From the NCBI GenBank assembly GCA_036867785.1, contig CP145414.1, positions 62,001-126,000 on the forward strand: a stretch of 64,000 nucleotides of DNA, read 5' to 3'. A program made the translations under genes and the position numbers. Shown in pieces: positions 33,877 to 46,841 of this stretch. This DNA is from Plasmodiophora brassicae. Lineage: Eukaryota. The stretch's first letter is position 1, and the number at the start of each line of letters is the position of its first letter. The notes under the pieces were generated by a model. It saw only the letters and a program-made list of their open reading frames with translations. It was not told where the DNA came from and made no database searches.

Positions 33877-35448
33877 GATCAAGAGAGGCGATGGGCGCGA
33901 TATGCGGTTCCGTCGCACCAGGTCGATTGACCGTACGTGTACACTCTGTGTGGAATCAGAGCCTGGTCGATCGTCGACATCGCGTGCCACCGGGTAAAGG
34001 TCTGGGTTGGGCATCGGGTTTGCGAATGCATCGTGATCGGTCCTATTGCCGGATCCGTCTTCGCCGAACTAGACAGGCGATCCACCTTCGTCAAGTCGAG
34101 ATCAAGGTGGCCCAGGAGGTCTCCTTTTCTATGTGCAGAGTAACCTACGAAATGCATTTTCGAGCTCGCGGGGAGAGCTTGTTGGGGAGCTGCCCAAGGA
34201 TGAAACGAAAGGCATCAGAGCCAAACGCGCGGATTCAACGAACGTCAGAGCGGGAGTGTCGCTGTTGTTTATTGGGAGTTGTGGTAGGATCCAGAAGGCT
34301 ACGGCAGACGTTGTGAACATGACCTGCTGTGAGGAATAATATAACTGGTCCCCAGAACCGCTGAGGAAGGCGAGCACATGTGGGGGTACCATGTTCCGGA
34401 TCCGTCAGTGTGAGATGACCACGTGAGCTGGTGCCGTGGCGTTCCAGAGACCTCGTTCCTGTCGAATTGGTTAGTTACGAATGCATTATATCGTCATACG
34501 CCTATTGTTTACATCATTGTTCAGACCACTACTGGCGAATCGGTGGTGCAATCGCGCTTGCTGCTCGTGCCCGATGAGTCGACCGCCTTAGCGGCGGCTG
34601 CTCCACATGAGGTCAAGCGATTTTGTATAACAACGGACATACAAATTTATTGGCGATATGTACAGGCGGTTCCTTCATCGTCATCGCTCCAGGTTATCAC
34701 GCTGGCCAGGCATTTGCAGTCAGAACACGAAGACCGTGTAGGCCCCGCTGCTCAGGTGACACTCGTTAACGACGTCTGCACCCAAAAGCGGCCTGATCGA
34801 AACCTGGTTTCATGTACTCCTTTATGCCATTAAATAGGGCGTCCCCAGAACCTATCCATACTCATCGCCAGCGCCCTGAAGTCGCGGGTGTCACCGAAAC
34901 CATCACACAGGACGCTTCAGGAACCGCCGTCGCGCTTACTCCAGAAGCAGTTGCTGCGAGGGTCCCAGATGCAGTCGAAACTTTGCAGGTACCGCGCTTT
35001 CAACTTGCCAGCACATGTGCTGACCGTGGCAGCTTGCTGGCATACAGGCCATCCAACGTCGCCCGACAGCTACTACGAGTACCAATAAGAGACGTCGCGA
35101 ACCGACTTGTGCCAACTACGCCCCCGCACAGGGGGGGGGGGGGGTCTTGGGCGGTGTGGATGCAAGACCACCGCTCGTCGAAGACGACATCGGCGCACCA
35201 GCACCGCCGAACGCAATCGCCGCCAGCGACCGCCCCCATGATGATCGCGTTCTGGCCGCACGCCGACGACGATGGTAACGGGCATGATCTTGCTAAGCTG
35301 TATTGCTAACGCCGTCAGGCGATCGATCGAACCGGAAGCCGGCACGAATCGCCATGTCCATCCCCAACATCCGTTCGTCGACCCAATAATGACGCTTCAG
35401 CTGTATTCACAGTAATACAAGTAGAAGTCCCTGAAGCCCGACGTCGAC

Positions 35449-36441
35449 CTACCCGACCCGGTGGGCGTGGTTGTTGGACGCCATGCCGTCGGCTGGGGAC
35501 AGTACTGCTCCCGCGTCCTTGAGCATCTGGATAATTTCGACCTTGTGCGTCGAGTGATCGGGGAGCCTGTTCGCCTCGAGCAGCGCCATGCTGCCATCCT
35601 GAACGTGGTCATCCCCGCGTAACACACCAGCACGCAGCAGGATAGCGACACAGTCCCGACAAGCGCTGCAGGTAGCGGCTACTAACGGCGCGCGACGCCA
35701 CGTGTCTTGGGTGTGTAGGTCAACCCCAGGAACTGAAGCCAGAAACAGAAGCGCCTCGACGCTTCCCTGATGCGCTGCCAAGTTCGAGGCGGTACGGCCA
35801 AGCGCATCTCGGGCGTTGATATCAATACCCTGAGCGAGTAACATCTTCAAGATACCGGATCCAGCATTATAGCTTATTGCAACACCAAGAACAGTGGTGG
35901 GATCGGGAACGTTGACGTTGGCGCCAGCATCGATCAGGATGCGCACAATGTCAGCATCGTTTCGTTCGACGGCGATACTTAGAGGTGTACCATGCAAGCG
36001 AGAGACAGAGTTGACATCAGCACCTGCCGCGATAAAGCATTGCACGGCAGCAGGCGTCCCATACCTGCATACCCAATGGATAGGGAAGTCCCCATTGTCA
36101 CCACGAGGCTTCGTGAGGTTCGTTGCTGTCACCAGCAGATCGATGACAGCCAAACTGGCATTGAGTTCCAGAGCCATGTGCAGAGGATGTCGCGACGCCA
36201 TGCAGTCGGAACCGGCATCTGGATTGGCACCGTTGTCAAGTAGAAGGTTGAACACCGCAGGCGAGCAGTCATACAGGACGGCAGCGTCAAGCGGCGTCAG
36301 TCGGCGATCATCAAACAACTTCTCGTTGAGGAGTCGCCGGCGTTCATCGGGATTGATCCAGGACAGCAGGTCCCGCAAGGCGTCGACGTCGTTGTCGACG
36401 AGACTTGAGAAAGCATACGAGATCCAGCTGAACGGAGCCAT
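35449..36441 (-). CDS. Ankyrin repeat protein (330 aa)
   Basis: TPLDAA, HPLHMAL, FPIHWVC, TPLSIAV..LIDAGANVN, GRTASNLAA repeats. Confidence 0.9.
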   Translation of the reverse strand: MAPFSWISYAFSSLVDNDVDALRDLLSWINPDERRRLLNEKLFDDRRLTPLDAAVLYDCSPAVFNLLLDNGANPDAGSDCMASRHPLHMALELNASLAVIDLLVTATNLTKPRGDNGDFPIHWVCRYGTPAAVQCFIAAGADVNSVSRLHGTPLSIAVERNDADIVRILIDAGANVNVPDPTTVLGVAISYNAGSGILKMLLAQGIDINARDALGRTASNLAAHQGSVEALLFLASVPGVDLHTQDTWRRAPLVAATCSACRDCVAILLRAGVLRGDDHVQDGSMALLEANRLPDHSTHKVEIIQMLKDAGAVLSPADGMASNNHAHRVG

Positions 36442-36815
36442 GCGAGTGAATCGGGTTGCGATATCCAGACACTCAGGGTATCTGCAGGTGACCCATCAGT
36501 AGCGTCCTCTGATTGTGACCACCAACGGGGCGGCGCTTACCCCACGCTGTTGTTTAGCATGTGTTCAACCAGTGCGCCGAAATCCAGACCCAGTATGGCT
36601 TTGTCAAGGGCAAGGTTATGCAGAATCTCTTCGTACAGAAGCGGAATGTCAAGGTAGTTGGCACAGGTTAATAGTGACCACAATGGCTTGATATCCGTAC
36701 GGTCGGTCCCTTTCCACCACTCGGAAACGTCGGCGTTGCTCTTTGGATTCGCCTCCAGATACGAGCGAATCTGTTCAGTGCCGGGAACATCAGGAGTGTA
36801 GCGCTATACGAGGCT

Positions 36816-37103
36816 TCAGTATCCTACCGTGTACAGATCGTTGGCGCAGCACTTGCGTATGGGGATCGGTCTATCAAGGCCACCGCCTGGAACGCCCACC
36901 AATGAGTAGAATCGGGTATGGGCTCTGAAAAACATCGAGTGCTCGCATAGAGCGGTCAGGTTGAACGCGATAGAGGTGTCATTGTCGTGTGGTTGCAGCA
37001 TCACCCGCACGTCATCGCAGACAGGCGCTGTCGGCACTGACACACCCAGTCGAATCACGACAGCGATAATGCCCCATGTCAGCAGCATTTCTGAGCGTTG
37101 CAT
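36816..37103 (-). CDS. Hypothetical secreted protein, 5' exon (possible BTB-like start)
   Basis: MLLTWGIIAVVIRLGVS signal then DVRVML..LCEHSMFFRA; downstream structure not resolved. Confidence 0.3.
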   Translation of the reverse strand: MQRSEMLLTWGIIAVVIRLGVSVPTAPVCDDVRVMLQPHDNDTSIAFNLTALCEHSMFFRAHTRFYSLVGVPGGGLDRPIPIRKCCANDLYTVGY

Positions 37104-37277
37104 CTCAGTCGTCGTCGTCGTGCGCGTGATGTTCCTGGCACTGAACAGATTCGCGCGACAGGTGCCCGTCCGTATCACGAAGTTAACCGTCGAGAAATTG
37201 AAGTCGTTATAGAAGCGTTGGCAAGCAAGCCACAAAAACAATGGGCAGACTTCCCGTGCCCTCGCCAATTGACGTTG

Positions 37278-37533
37278 GCGCAGGATTGCGGGAGACCCTG
37301 TCGCAGGACTGCGGGAGACCCTGTCGCAGGACTGCGGGAGATTTGGTCGATCCCGGTAAATCGTTGACCTCTGCGATCGCGGACGTTGACCTCTGCGATC
37401 GCGGAGGACCGCGATTTACCGGGATAGTAGGTCCCAGTGGGTTCGAAAAACTGCGTCAGTGCGTTCGCAAACTGCGTCAGTGCGTTCGTAAACTGCGTCA
37501 GTGCGTCAGTGCGTTCGTAAACTGCGTCAGTGG
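37278..37533. repeat. Cluster of short tandem repeats and a small hairpin
   Basis: gcaggactgcgggagaccctgtc x~3; cgttgacctctgcgatcgcgga x2 inside cccggtaaatcg/cgatttaccggg; aaactgcgtcagtg x4. Confidence 0.8.
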
Positions 37534-37852
37534 GTTCGTCCAACCAGCAAAAACGAGAGGGCACATTGTAGACGTAGTGGACTTGCACCGTCACTGTAAA
37601 TTGTATTAGCCAACGCGTTATCCTAGTTAGCATCGCAACGTACATACGACTGACTGTCCATCGGGATGCCTAGCCCGTGGCTGTGTGCTTGCACGCTGCC
37701 TTCGAAAGGGGTGCTGCTGTGACCTCAGCCGGCGCCCAGAACCGCAACAACAATAGTCGATGAAGAGAAAACGATTCACTGATGGTTAAAGGCGAAGCGA
37801 CCTGTCTTGTCGCCCAGTTGACCGGCTCTATTAAGATCAGAAATAGCGCCCA

Positions 37853-37924
37853 TCCGAATTCGTATAGTGGCCAGTATGCATCCCTGTCACGGATGAGACC
37901 GGGGTTCGATTCCCCGATTCGGAG
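37853..37924 (+). tRNA. tRNA-Asp(GTC)
   Basis: Acceptor stem TCCGAAT/ATTCGGA, anticodon stem CATCC/GGATG with loop CTGTCAC, GGTTCGATTCC T arm, downstream T-run. Confidence 0.95.
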
Positions 37925-38271
37925 CTCGCTTTTTGGTGTTTCTGGGTCTTCCTGGTCTCGCTTTCTACCTATGTACATAAGATGGTCTCTATCAAACACG
38001 GTTTATCCGACTTTGCGCCTCAGCATACACGTCTCCGAGGTCTCGCTCCGTATCCTCGTGAAACGGGCTCTGTCGAAGGTTCTGGCCTGCCGTCAACACT
38101 CACCGACGACCCGACCGGTCGAAATCACATGCAGGTTCGCGCGCTTGCCCCGCAACCGGCAGCAAGGTGAATCCTGTAAGTCGGGCTGAAAGATGGACCA
38201 GGGCCAGGCAGTCTGCGGACACCGTCGCGGACTGCGCGCTCTGCTGTACCGCACAACACCGCTTGTCGTTG

Positions 38272-38907
38272 ATGTCGCATCACAACCTGTTCGAGGACGT
38301 GTTTGAGGTCCTTGAAGTCGATCCGGACGGCAAGAAGTTCGACAAAGGTCTTGACCGGCGCGCGCATTCTTAAGGCGATTCCCGTTGACCTGCTGTGTCT
38401 GCACAGTGTCACGGTTATACTGCCGCAGCGAGAACTATGACATGGAACTGCAACTGGACGTCAATTCCGACCTGTTCACCTCCGGTCCGGCTTCCAAATT
38501 CTCCCTCGTCCTTGCAAGGACGCTGAACCTCGACGGATCCATCGACGATGCCAACTACTATTCCTACGCCGTCAACGACAAGCCGACGTTGGCTGATAAG
38601 TAATGCGCGCAGCGTCGTCGTCGTCGCGGCACCTGTTGAACTGATATTGTGGTTCAAGGTATGAGTACGTCATGTTCGGCAAGGTGTTCAAGTTCAACAC
38701 GCCTGAGGGGCATTCGTCGCAGCACAGCCTGTATGTCGGCTCACCGCCCGTGTCGAATGAATATGACAGGACACTGAACCGCCTGCACCGCGCAGCGAGG
38801 CGTACATTTCGTTCGGCGGCCTGCTGATGAGCCTGAAAGGCGAACCCCGGAACCTGCAGTCGCTGGACCTGGACCAGCGCGTTTATCTATTGATGCGGGC
38901 CGTCTGA
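38272..38907 (+). CDS. RPB8: RNA polymerases I/II/III common subunit RPB8 (4 exons)
   Basis: LFEDVFEV..DPDGKKFDKVSR..YEYVMFGKVFK..YISFGGLLMSLKG..VYLLMR. Confidence 0.95.
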
Positions 38908-39075
38908 CGCATGCGGGCCCTATGATTGTAATACATACGTCAGCCATGTGGGACAAAAATAGGCCGGCCTATATCTATTCGGGTCGTTGCGTTCGCGTCG
39001 GGCGTCGAGATTTTGCTAGAATTTCGGATTTTTTTCTGGGTCGGCTGTGGCTGCTTGGGGCAGCGTCAGTGGTAG

Positions 39076-40001
<926 letters not shown>

Positions 40002-40117
40002 CGCGCCGAGCCGCCGCTCGCCCTTGCATCGCCGATATCCCCCCAACTTGTACGTACTTATCATTCGATTCAGGTCTAAAGCAACAACTCAACTGAGGAG
40101 CGCCCACTCGTCGGCCA

Positions 40118-40637
40118 CTACGCGTGCTGTATTCGTGGCATTCGGCTGCTTCGTAGGCCGGGTAGCCGTGTCCAGGTCCTGGGCGGCCGCTGCCGGTAGT
40201 CGATGACGTGACGGTACCGAATGATGACGTTGAGGCCGATGGCGCGCCCATCGCCGTCGTCGCCTTCGATGCAGCGGGCGCGGGTACGTAACCCGTCGAT
40301 CGTCACGTAGATCCAGCGCGTCTGCACGTGACGGTCGCCGTTGAACGTGGAGACCGTGCAACTGGGCGCCCGTTGGCAGCGGACGAGGTCACGCGCGGGC
40401 GCCCAACAGAACGACGACCCGTCGTCCACGAACACGCTCCGCCAGACCTGGGGCAGGTCCTCCGCCCTGCCCGTCTCCACCACAACGTCCACCGTCGTGC
40501 CCTGCAGGAACGATAGCGAACGGTGACGCGTACCACGCGTGAGCGTTGCTGAGCGCGTCGGGACACGGGTAGCACTCCTGTACGAATAGCCGATGCCGCA
40601 CACGGCGATGATCGCCGCCAGTGCCACGAGGAACATG
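40118..40637 (-). CDS. Hypothetical small membrane-anchored protein
   Basis: MFLVALAAIIAVCGIGYSY hydrophobic start; coding-like composition; no family recognised. Confidence 0.4.
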
Positions 40638-41010
40638 GGCGCCTGCTGGCAACTGAACGTTCTGGAACGATCCGGACACGACAGGCAGGTTGACCAGCCA
40701 TCTGCGGCGTGGTCGTGTCTCGCACGGATGACGTCGGTCACGGGTGTTCATATCGTCCGTTTGGTGCGGGCCTACACCGGATCGTGCCTTGGCGGCCCCT
40801 CAAGGAAGCTGGAGGGGGGGGGGATTACTGGGTTTGGTGGTCGTTTTGGCGCGTGAATTCCGCGCGCGATTCTGTTTGTGGCGCGCAAATCATGCCCGGC
40901 CCGCCCCACCGGGTGCGGAGGGCGCGCGCGCTTGAAATTGTGTTGACCGGTTGGCGGTCGGCGTCGGTTCGAGCAGGCAGCAACAACAGCAGCAGGAGGA
41001 CATCATTGGC

Positions 41011-41825
41011 ATGGCGGCGGCAATGAACGATTACTATAGCCTGGATGCCATCGAGCGCGACGCCGCGGTCGTGTCGTGCGTGTTCGCGATCGACGCGGCC
41101 GGCCTCGGGTACCTGGAGGCGATGGCCACCGGCCACGGCACAGCGGCTATCGGGGAGTCGTCGACCCTGAAGGTACGACGACGACGACGACGACGATGCT
41201 GGGCGTCGCTGCGGTTTGACTCGCGCGGTCCGCCTGTAGAAGGGCACCAAGGTCGACCTGCCGTTGTGGTTGGCGTTGCCGCTCGCGAAACGCCGCATGG
41301 TCACGATGTCGCTGCCGCCGTACCTGTCGCACCGGTTCCGGACGTCGCTCATGGCCGACCCGCCGTCCGTCAACCTGGCCGACCGGTGCCCCGCCTTCTA
41401 CGGCGTCGGGTCCACGCTCGCCGACGTGTTCCAGCGCGACGATATCCGCCAGGACCTGCTGCAGTGCCTCGTCGTGCGATTCCAACGGATCCTGGAAGAG
41501 GTAACGACGCACGGCGCCGGGCGACGGGCGCTGTGTGTGCTCACGGTGCCGACGCAGGCGCAGCTGTTCAGCGCGGACAAGAACGCCAGCGCCGCCCAGG
41601 TCCAGTTCCGGCAGAGGCTCGCCACTGCCGAGACCGCGCGTACGTCGTCGTCCCTGCTGGTTCGCGTGGCGTCGGCGAACGACCTCTCTAACGGGTCCTG
41701 CTCGTGTGTGTGCAGTGTTCAACGACAAGATCGAGACGCAGATGGCGTACCGGAAGTGGAGGGATCGCGAGGTCGATCCCGGGTCGATGGGCGGCACGCG
41801 GAAGAAGATCCGGCCGTCGACATAG
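41011..41825 (+). CDS. PSF3: GINS complex subunit Psf3 (4 exons)
   Basis: DYYSLDAI, GLGYL, GTKVDLPLWLALPL, LMADPPSVNL..CPAFY. Confidence 0.9.
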
Positions 41826-41888
41826 TCCAGTCCCGTCGTTCATCTGTATTTATACAGCCGATCGTGGCGATGCGGAAGGGGGCGCCTC

Positions 41889-43377
41889 CTAGCGCGTCGA
41901 CGTGCCGAAGCAGTCGAACACGTAGTCGTCGACCTTGTTCTGGTACAGCTCGTTGTTGATGTAGTCGTACCTGCACCAAGAGAAGGAAACGCCGGTGGGC
42001 ATTCGTCCCAACAAGCAACGACGTACGCATACGTACTTCTTCTTGAATTCCATCCTCTGCTGCTCCTGCTCGTGGCGCACATCGAGGCGGTGCTTCAGGT
42101 CGTTGCGCTGCCGGGCGCGCGCCGTCAGCAACAGCTCGCGGTTGATGGCCGCCTGCGCACGGGGAAGCCGGTTCAGCCACCCTGGACCCCGATCGGCATC
42201 GCCCGCCTGCGCCCTACCAGCTCCTTGTCCTGCTCGGCGTTCCTGGCGTCCTCCGCCGCCTTCAGCGCGCGCTTCTCCTCGATCTGGGCGGCCTGCGCGT
42301 CCAGGATGGACTGGCGCTCGGCGGCCGAGTACCCCTGGGCGCGACACATTGGCGTCAGCGCACACTGGGCGGGTGCCGTCACCAGCAGCGGCACCGAACC
42401 TTGAAGTTCCATGGGATGTAGGCGTGCTGCGACGACGTGTAGAGCGAGGGTTTGTTGACGCGGCGGGTCGTCTCGTAGCGCTCGTTGAGCCAGGCGCTGC
42501 CCAGGTTGTACTGGCGGCCATCACCGGGTCAGACACGGGTGCTGTGGCGCGGGGTGGAGGGGACGCGGGCGCACCTGGACCTCCTTCCTGGCCACCTCAT
42601 CGCTGCGCTTCGCGACCTCGTCCCGGGCGCGGTGCACGACCACGTCCAGGTCGCGGTTGAAGTTCTGCACCTGGACGCTGTGGACGCGCGCGTTCGTCTG
42701 CTTGCTCTGCTGCAGGCGCTCCAGCTCGGCGTCGACCTGGGCGACCTGCTCGGCGTACGCCTGCCCAGCACATCAGGGGGAGGGGGGCGCGTCAGCGGGG
42801 GCGCGCCTGTACCGACCTGTTCGCACGCCACCTCGTCGGCGCGGATGGCGTCCCTCTCGGCGAGGGATCCGCGCACCCACTGGCTCAGCTCGCGTTGCTG
42901 CTGCCGGACCCGGTCGCGTTTGTGCAGGTCCTCGCCGTTGAACATTTGCAGGGACGACGCCGGCAGGTCGACGTCGTCGCCGTTCCGGGGCGGGCGCTGC
43001 TTGCGCAGCAGGGCGGGGTCGTACAGGTCGTAGTCGCGCCGGTCCTCGACCTTCTGCGACCTGGCCCGGTAGTCCTGGACCTGGGCGTTGCGCTCCAGGA
43101 TCTTGCGCTGGCGGATGCGCTGCAACTCGGTCAGCTGCCTGGCGATTTCGACGGACTGCTGGTCGAACGCGCGGTCCCGTCGCCTCTCGTCCTGTTCGCG
43201 TTCGCGGCGCTCGGCGACCAGCGCGTCCAGCGACGCGACGTCGACGCCGATGACGCGCGTCTTCGGGTCGAAGATGCGCGCCTTGCGCTGGGCTTCCAGG
43301 GCGCGGCGTCGGGCGATGCCGGCCGCCTGCTTCTGCAGGGCATCCGGTTCGGGTTTGTAGACGGGAACGAACACCAT
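41889..43377 (-). CDS. RIB43A: RIB43A-like axonemal microtubule inner protein (multi-exon)
   Basis: RKARIFDPKTRVIGVD, RRDYDLYDP, ASSLQMFNGEDL, C-terminal FGTSTR. Confidence 0.9.
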
Positions 43378-43852
43378 CGGTCGCGGCCCACGCTGACGAC
43401 GACTTGCCCGTCGATATTCCTCGACGATTGGGTACGCTTGGGGCGATCGCGCGTGTACCGCCGTCCTCACAGATGGGTCGATCCGTCGTTAACTTAACCA
43501 GTGCCAGACGTCAGAGTCGACTGGAGGGGATTCCCACTGTCTTGAACAAGTGATACTACGACAACGACGTCGACCAGCAGCGAAATGGCTTCGTGACCGA
43601 GTTGGTTAAGGTGGTAGATTCGAATTGTCGAAACATCTACTGGGCTTGCCCGCGCGCGTTCGAATCGCGTCGAAGCCTCTCCCATTTTTTTGCGGGCCGT
43701 TTGGCGACGACTGCCGCACACCACAGCAGGAGCAGACGAGGTGCGACGTCAGAGGACCTCCTCTTCTACCTGCTAGCGACGGGCGTGGTGAATAATGGTA
43801 GACTGTCGCATCGTGGTGCGTGTATACATGTAATACAATCAATCGGCAGCGT

Positions 43853-44477
43853 TCACAGGTCGCGTTCCGTACAGTCGCAGGCGCGGGTCTGCGCCTCGAT
43901 GAACGGGGCGCAGCCGGACAGTTTCGTGGCCGAGACGAACAGGTTGGCGACGCCCGTGCACTGGCCGCGACCACCGCGGCCTCCTTCCTCGTCCGGCAGC
44001 GCTTGGCACGCCCGCCTCAGGCACGATGCGAACGTCGCGTCGCACTGGTCTCGGTTCGACCCGCACGTGTCGTAACCTACAGCAGCGCCCGTTCAGCTCG
44101 CGGCACGGATCGCCTCGCGTCTGCGCTGGACCATACAGATGTCGTGTTCGTTGCAGCACGGTTCGAGGTCGAACCCGCTGAAGGAGACGGTGACGCCCAT
44201 GGCGCCGCACCCGTTCGACGACGGCCGATGACGTCGCGCCGGACCTGCCCATACAGCGACACGAACGTCAGGACGAACGCGGGCAACGGTACGACATCGC
44301 CACAGGCGGACGTGGCGGACGGCCGGACGGGCACGTGTAGACCGGGTCGCAGGTCGCACCACCATCAACGAACGACCGTATCATGTCGGACAGCGATGTC
44401 GCCGCCGGCGCGCCCGGTGCGGCGATGACGGCAACGGTCGCGGCCACGCCAAGCAGCACGCCCGCCAACGGCGTCAT
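43853..44477 (-). CDS. Secreted phospholipase A2, group XII-like (multi-exon)
   Basis: Signal peptide; NGCG..CCNEHDIC|YDTCG..CDATFASCL..GCAPFIEAQTRACDC. Confidence 0.85.
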
Positions 44478-44789
44478 TGCCGCGCGCCGCCGCCCGAATT
44501 GGCGTCGTCCACGTCGAGCCGCCATCCAGTCGGGTATAACAAACACACACAGACACACGCTGTATTCATTATTAGTCGATCTGGGAGGGTGGACGTGCCA
44601 GACAAACACCATCCGCAGGACGCGCGCTCTCGAGGTCGACATGGGCCAGACGCCCGGGCCGCCGGTCTCTCGGCACCCGGGTGCACGCCCACGCGCCCCC
44701 CGTCTGGGCGTCTGGCGCGCCACCCGCCCTTCTAGCCGAAACGTTCGTCGTCGCCGGCCAGGAGGCCGATGCCGCTCGGCGCCATCACC

Positions 44790-45046
44790 AGGTGACGCTC
44801 CAGAAGCGACATGTCGAACTCCTGTCGTGTGTCTCAGTCAGGCGGGCACGACGAGCACAGTGGGTCGCGCGTACGTACCGGGAACGGCGACATGGGCACG
44901 TCGATGTCCAGGTCGCAGAGCAGGGGCGACCCGTGGCTGCTGCCCGACACCGACGCCGTCGTCGTCGTCGGCGTCGTCGCCCCATCGTGGTCGCTGACCA
45001 TCGGCGCCATCGCCATCGTCTCATGGTGGTGGTCGTGGTCGCCCTC

Positions 45047-45079
<33 letters not shown>

Positions 45080-45649
45080 CTCCGGGTCGGCTTTCGTCGG
45101 CGACCGGCGCTTGCGCCCGTCCCTGGACGGCGTGATCGTGCACTTGTCCGGCTGCTTCAGGCGGATGCAGCGCGGGCACGGGCGCTCGTCACTGCAGGCG
45201 ACGTGCGCCAACTGGCAGGGCGCGCACGCCTTGATCGCATCCGGGCGGCGCGGTTGCCGCCGGGTCGTGCAGTGAAGGCGCACGGGGCGGTCGACGCAGA
45301 CGCTGCTGGGCAGGCGGCGACGGCGACAGCGGGAGCAGGGCCGGTCGTGGTCGCAGCGCGCCTTGGCGGCGGCGCAGGGCCCGCAGGCAACCTTGGCCCG
45401 CGTCGCCTCGGTCGGTCGGCGATGGTACACGGTCGTCGTCGTCGGGTCCGGCGGTGCAGGAGGGCCCCCTGCACCAATAACTGAACAGGAATGGCGTGCG
45501 GACCCGGGCGGCCGCCCTGCGACAGCGGCGCCCCAGGGCCCGTCCGCCGTCCCGCTCCGCGCCTGCCGATCCGAGGGCACCTGCCGCGGCATCATGCCCG
45601 CCGCTGCTGTCCCGGCCATGCCCGTCGCGTACGCCATCGTGGTCATCAT
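44790..45649 (-). CDS. Transcription factor with two Zn(II)2Cys6 clusters
   Basis: ACGPCAAAKARCDHDRPCSRC..C and ACAPCQLAHVACSDERPCPRC..C; poly-Asp tract; ends approximate. Confidence 0.8.
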
Positions 45650-46079
45650 CGTTGCACTGCTGCTTGGGACGCGGTCGAAAAATGTGCAGTCGGCCGGTCG
45701 GCAATAATTGGATGGTGTGCCGGTGTGGGTGTCACACCTGTGTAACACACCCAGAGCTACGCACACGCGCGCACGCACGGCGCAGTGGTCGACCACCGCC
45801 CGGCGCGGTGTTCCGAGAAGGTTCCGCCGTCCGGGGCGTCGGACGCCGACCCGACCCGCAATGGGCGCCGTCCGGCCCGGTCCGGCACCGCGCGACGTCC
45901 CCGTGGTCGCCAGGACGTGTGTCGCGCGTGGAACGCGGCCGGCGCAAGGGACCTGTACGCGCGGACGCGGCCGGCATGCTGCGGTGCGCGCCCCGGTCGC
46001 TAGCGCAGGTAGAACAGGCCGGCATGCAAATGATGGAGAACGATAGAACGATTAAGATGTATGTATGTGTGGGTGGGTC

Positions 46080-46841
46080 TTAGCAGATTAGGTTCCAGTA
46101 GGCAGCGCGCCAGGGCGATGCGGGCGGCGTGCTCTGCAGGGCGGGAGTCTGCAACGGCGAGTAGTAGGCGGGCGCGCCGCCCCAGCTGTCCGCCGGGTCC
46201 GGTTTATGGGGCGTCGGGATGTGGAACGTGAACGGGTTCGCGTCGTCAAGGACGTCGCCGCCGCACAACGGCACCGGCTCCGACGACGACGTCGTTGTCG
46301 ACGAGTAGCTGGCGCAGGGGCTGGCAGCGGCGACGAGCTGGCGATCGCGGTCGTCGCTGTGGCGATGATGATGCCGGCCGCCCCTGAAACGGGACGGCGG
46401 GTAGGCGCACTGGGAGTCGCAGCCGAGGCGAACGCACCGGGAGCAGGGCAGCGGGCTCGTGCAGGATACCTTGGCGTGGCGGCAGGCTGCACAGGCTCGG
46501 TTCGGAACGTGGTCGGATCGGGCGCGCGTTTGCCGCGGCCGGACGACGCGGCTGACGCACTGGTCCTCCATGCCTCGCGCCAGGCACCGGCCACACGGGC
46601 GCTGCTCGTCGCAACGGGCCTTGGCCTGCGAGCACGGCAGGCAGGCGTGGCCGGCCCGGCTCCGGGTGGACGGTTTGCGCCGCTCGACGACGATAGCTGC
46701 AATGACGCGCGTCGGGCAGTAGGCATACGACGGCGACGACGGCAGTGCAGGACGGGCGCCGGTCCTCGTGCAGGCGGCCGGCAGGAGCGCGGATGATAAC
46801 GGGCTGGCGCGCAGGTCCCGTAACTTGCGGCCGGAACCCAT
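46080..46841 (-). CDS. Second transcription factor with two Zn(II)2Cys6 clusters
   Basis: ACLPCSQAKARCDEQRPCGRC..C and ACAACRHAKVSCTSPLPCSRC..C. Confidence 0.8.
   Translation of the reverse strand: MGSGRKLRDLRASPLSSALLPAACTRTGARPALPSSPSYAYCPTRVIAAIVVERRKPSTRSRAGHACLPCSQAKARCDEQRPCGRCLARGMEDQCVSRVVRPRQTRARSDHVPNRACAACRHAKVSCTSPLPCSRCVRLGCDSQCAYPPSRFRGGRHHHRHSDDRDRQLVAAASPCASYSSTTTSSSEPVPLCGGDVLDDANPFTFHIPTPHKPDPADSWGGAPAYYSPLQTPALQSTPPASPWRAAYWNLIC

Noticed and set aside
34000-35310. Fragmentary coding-like sequence
   Set aside because: No consistent frame or recognisable family on either strand.
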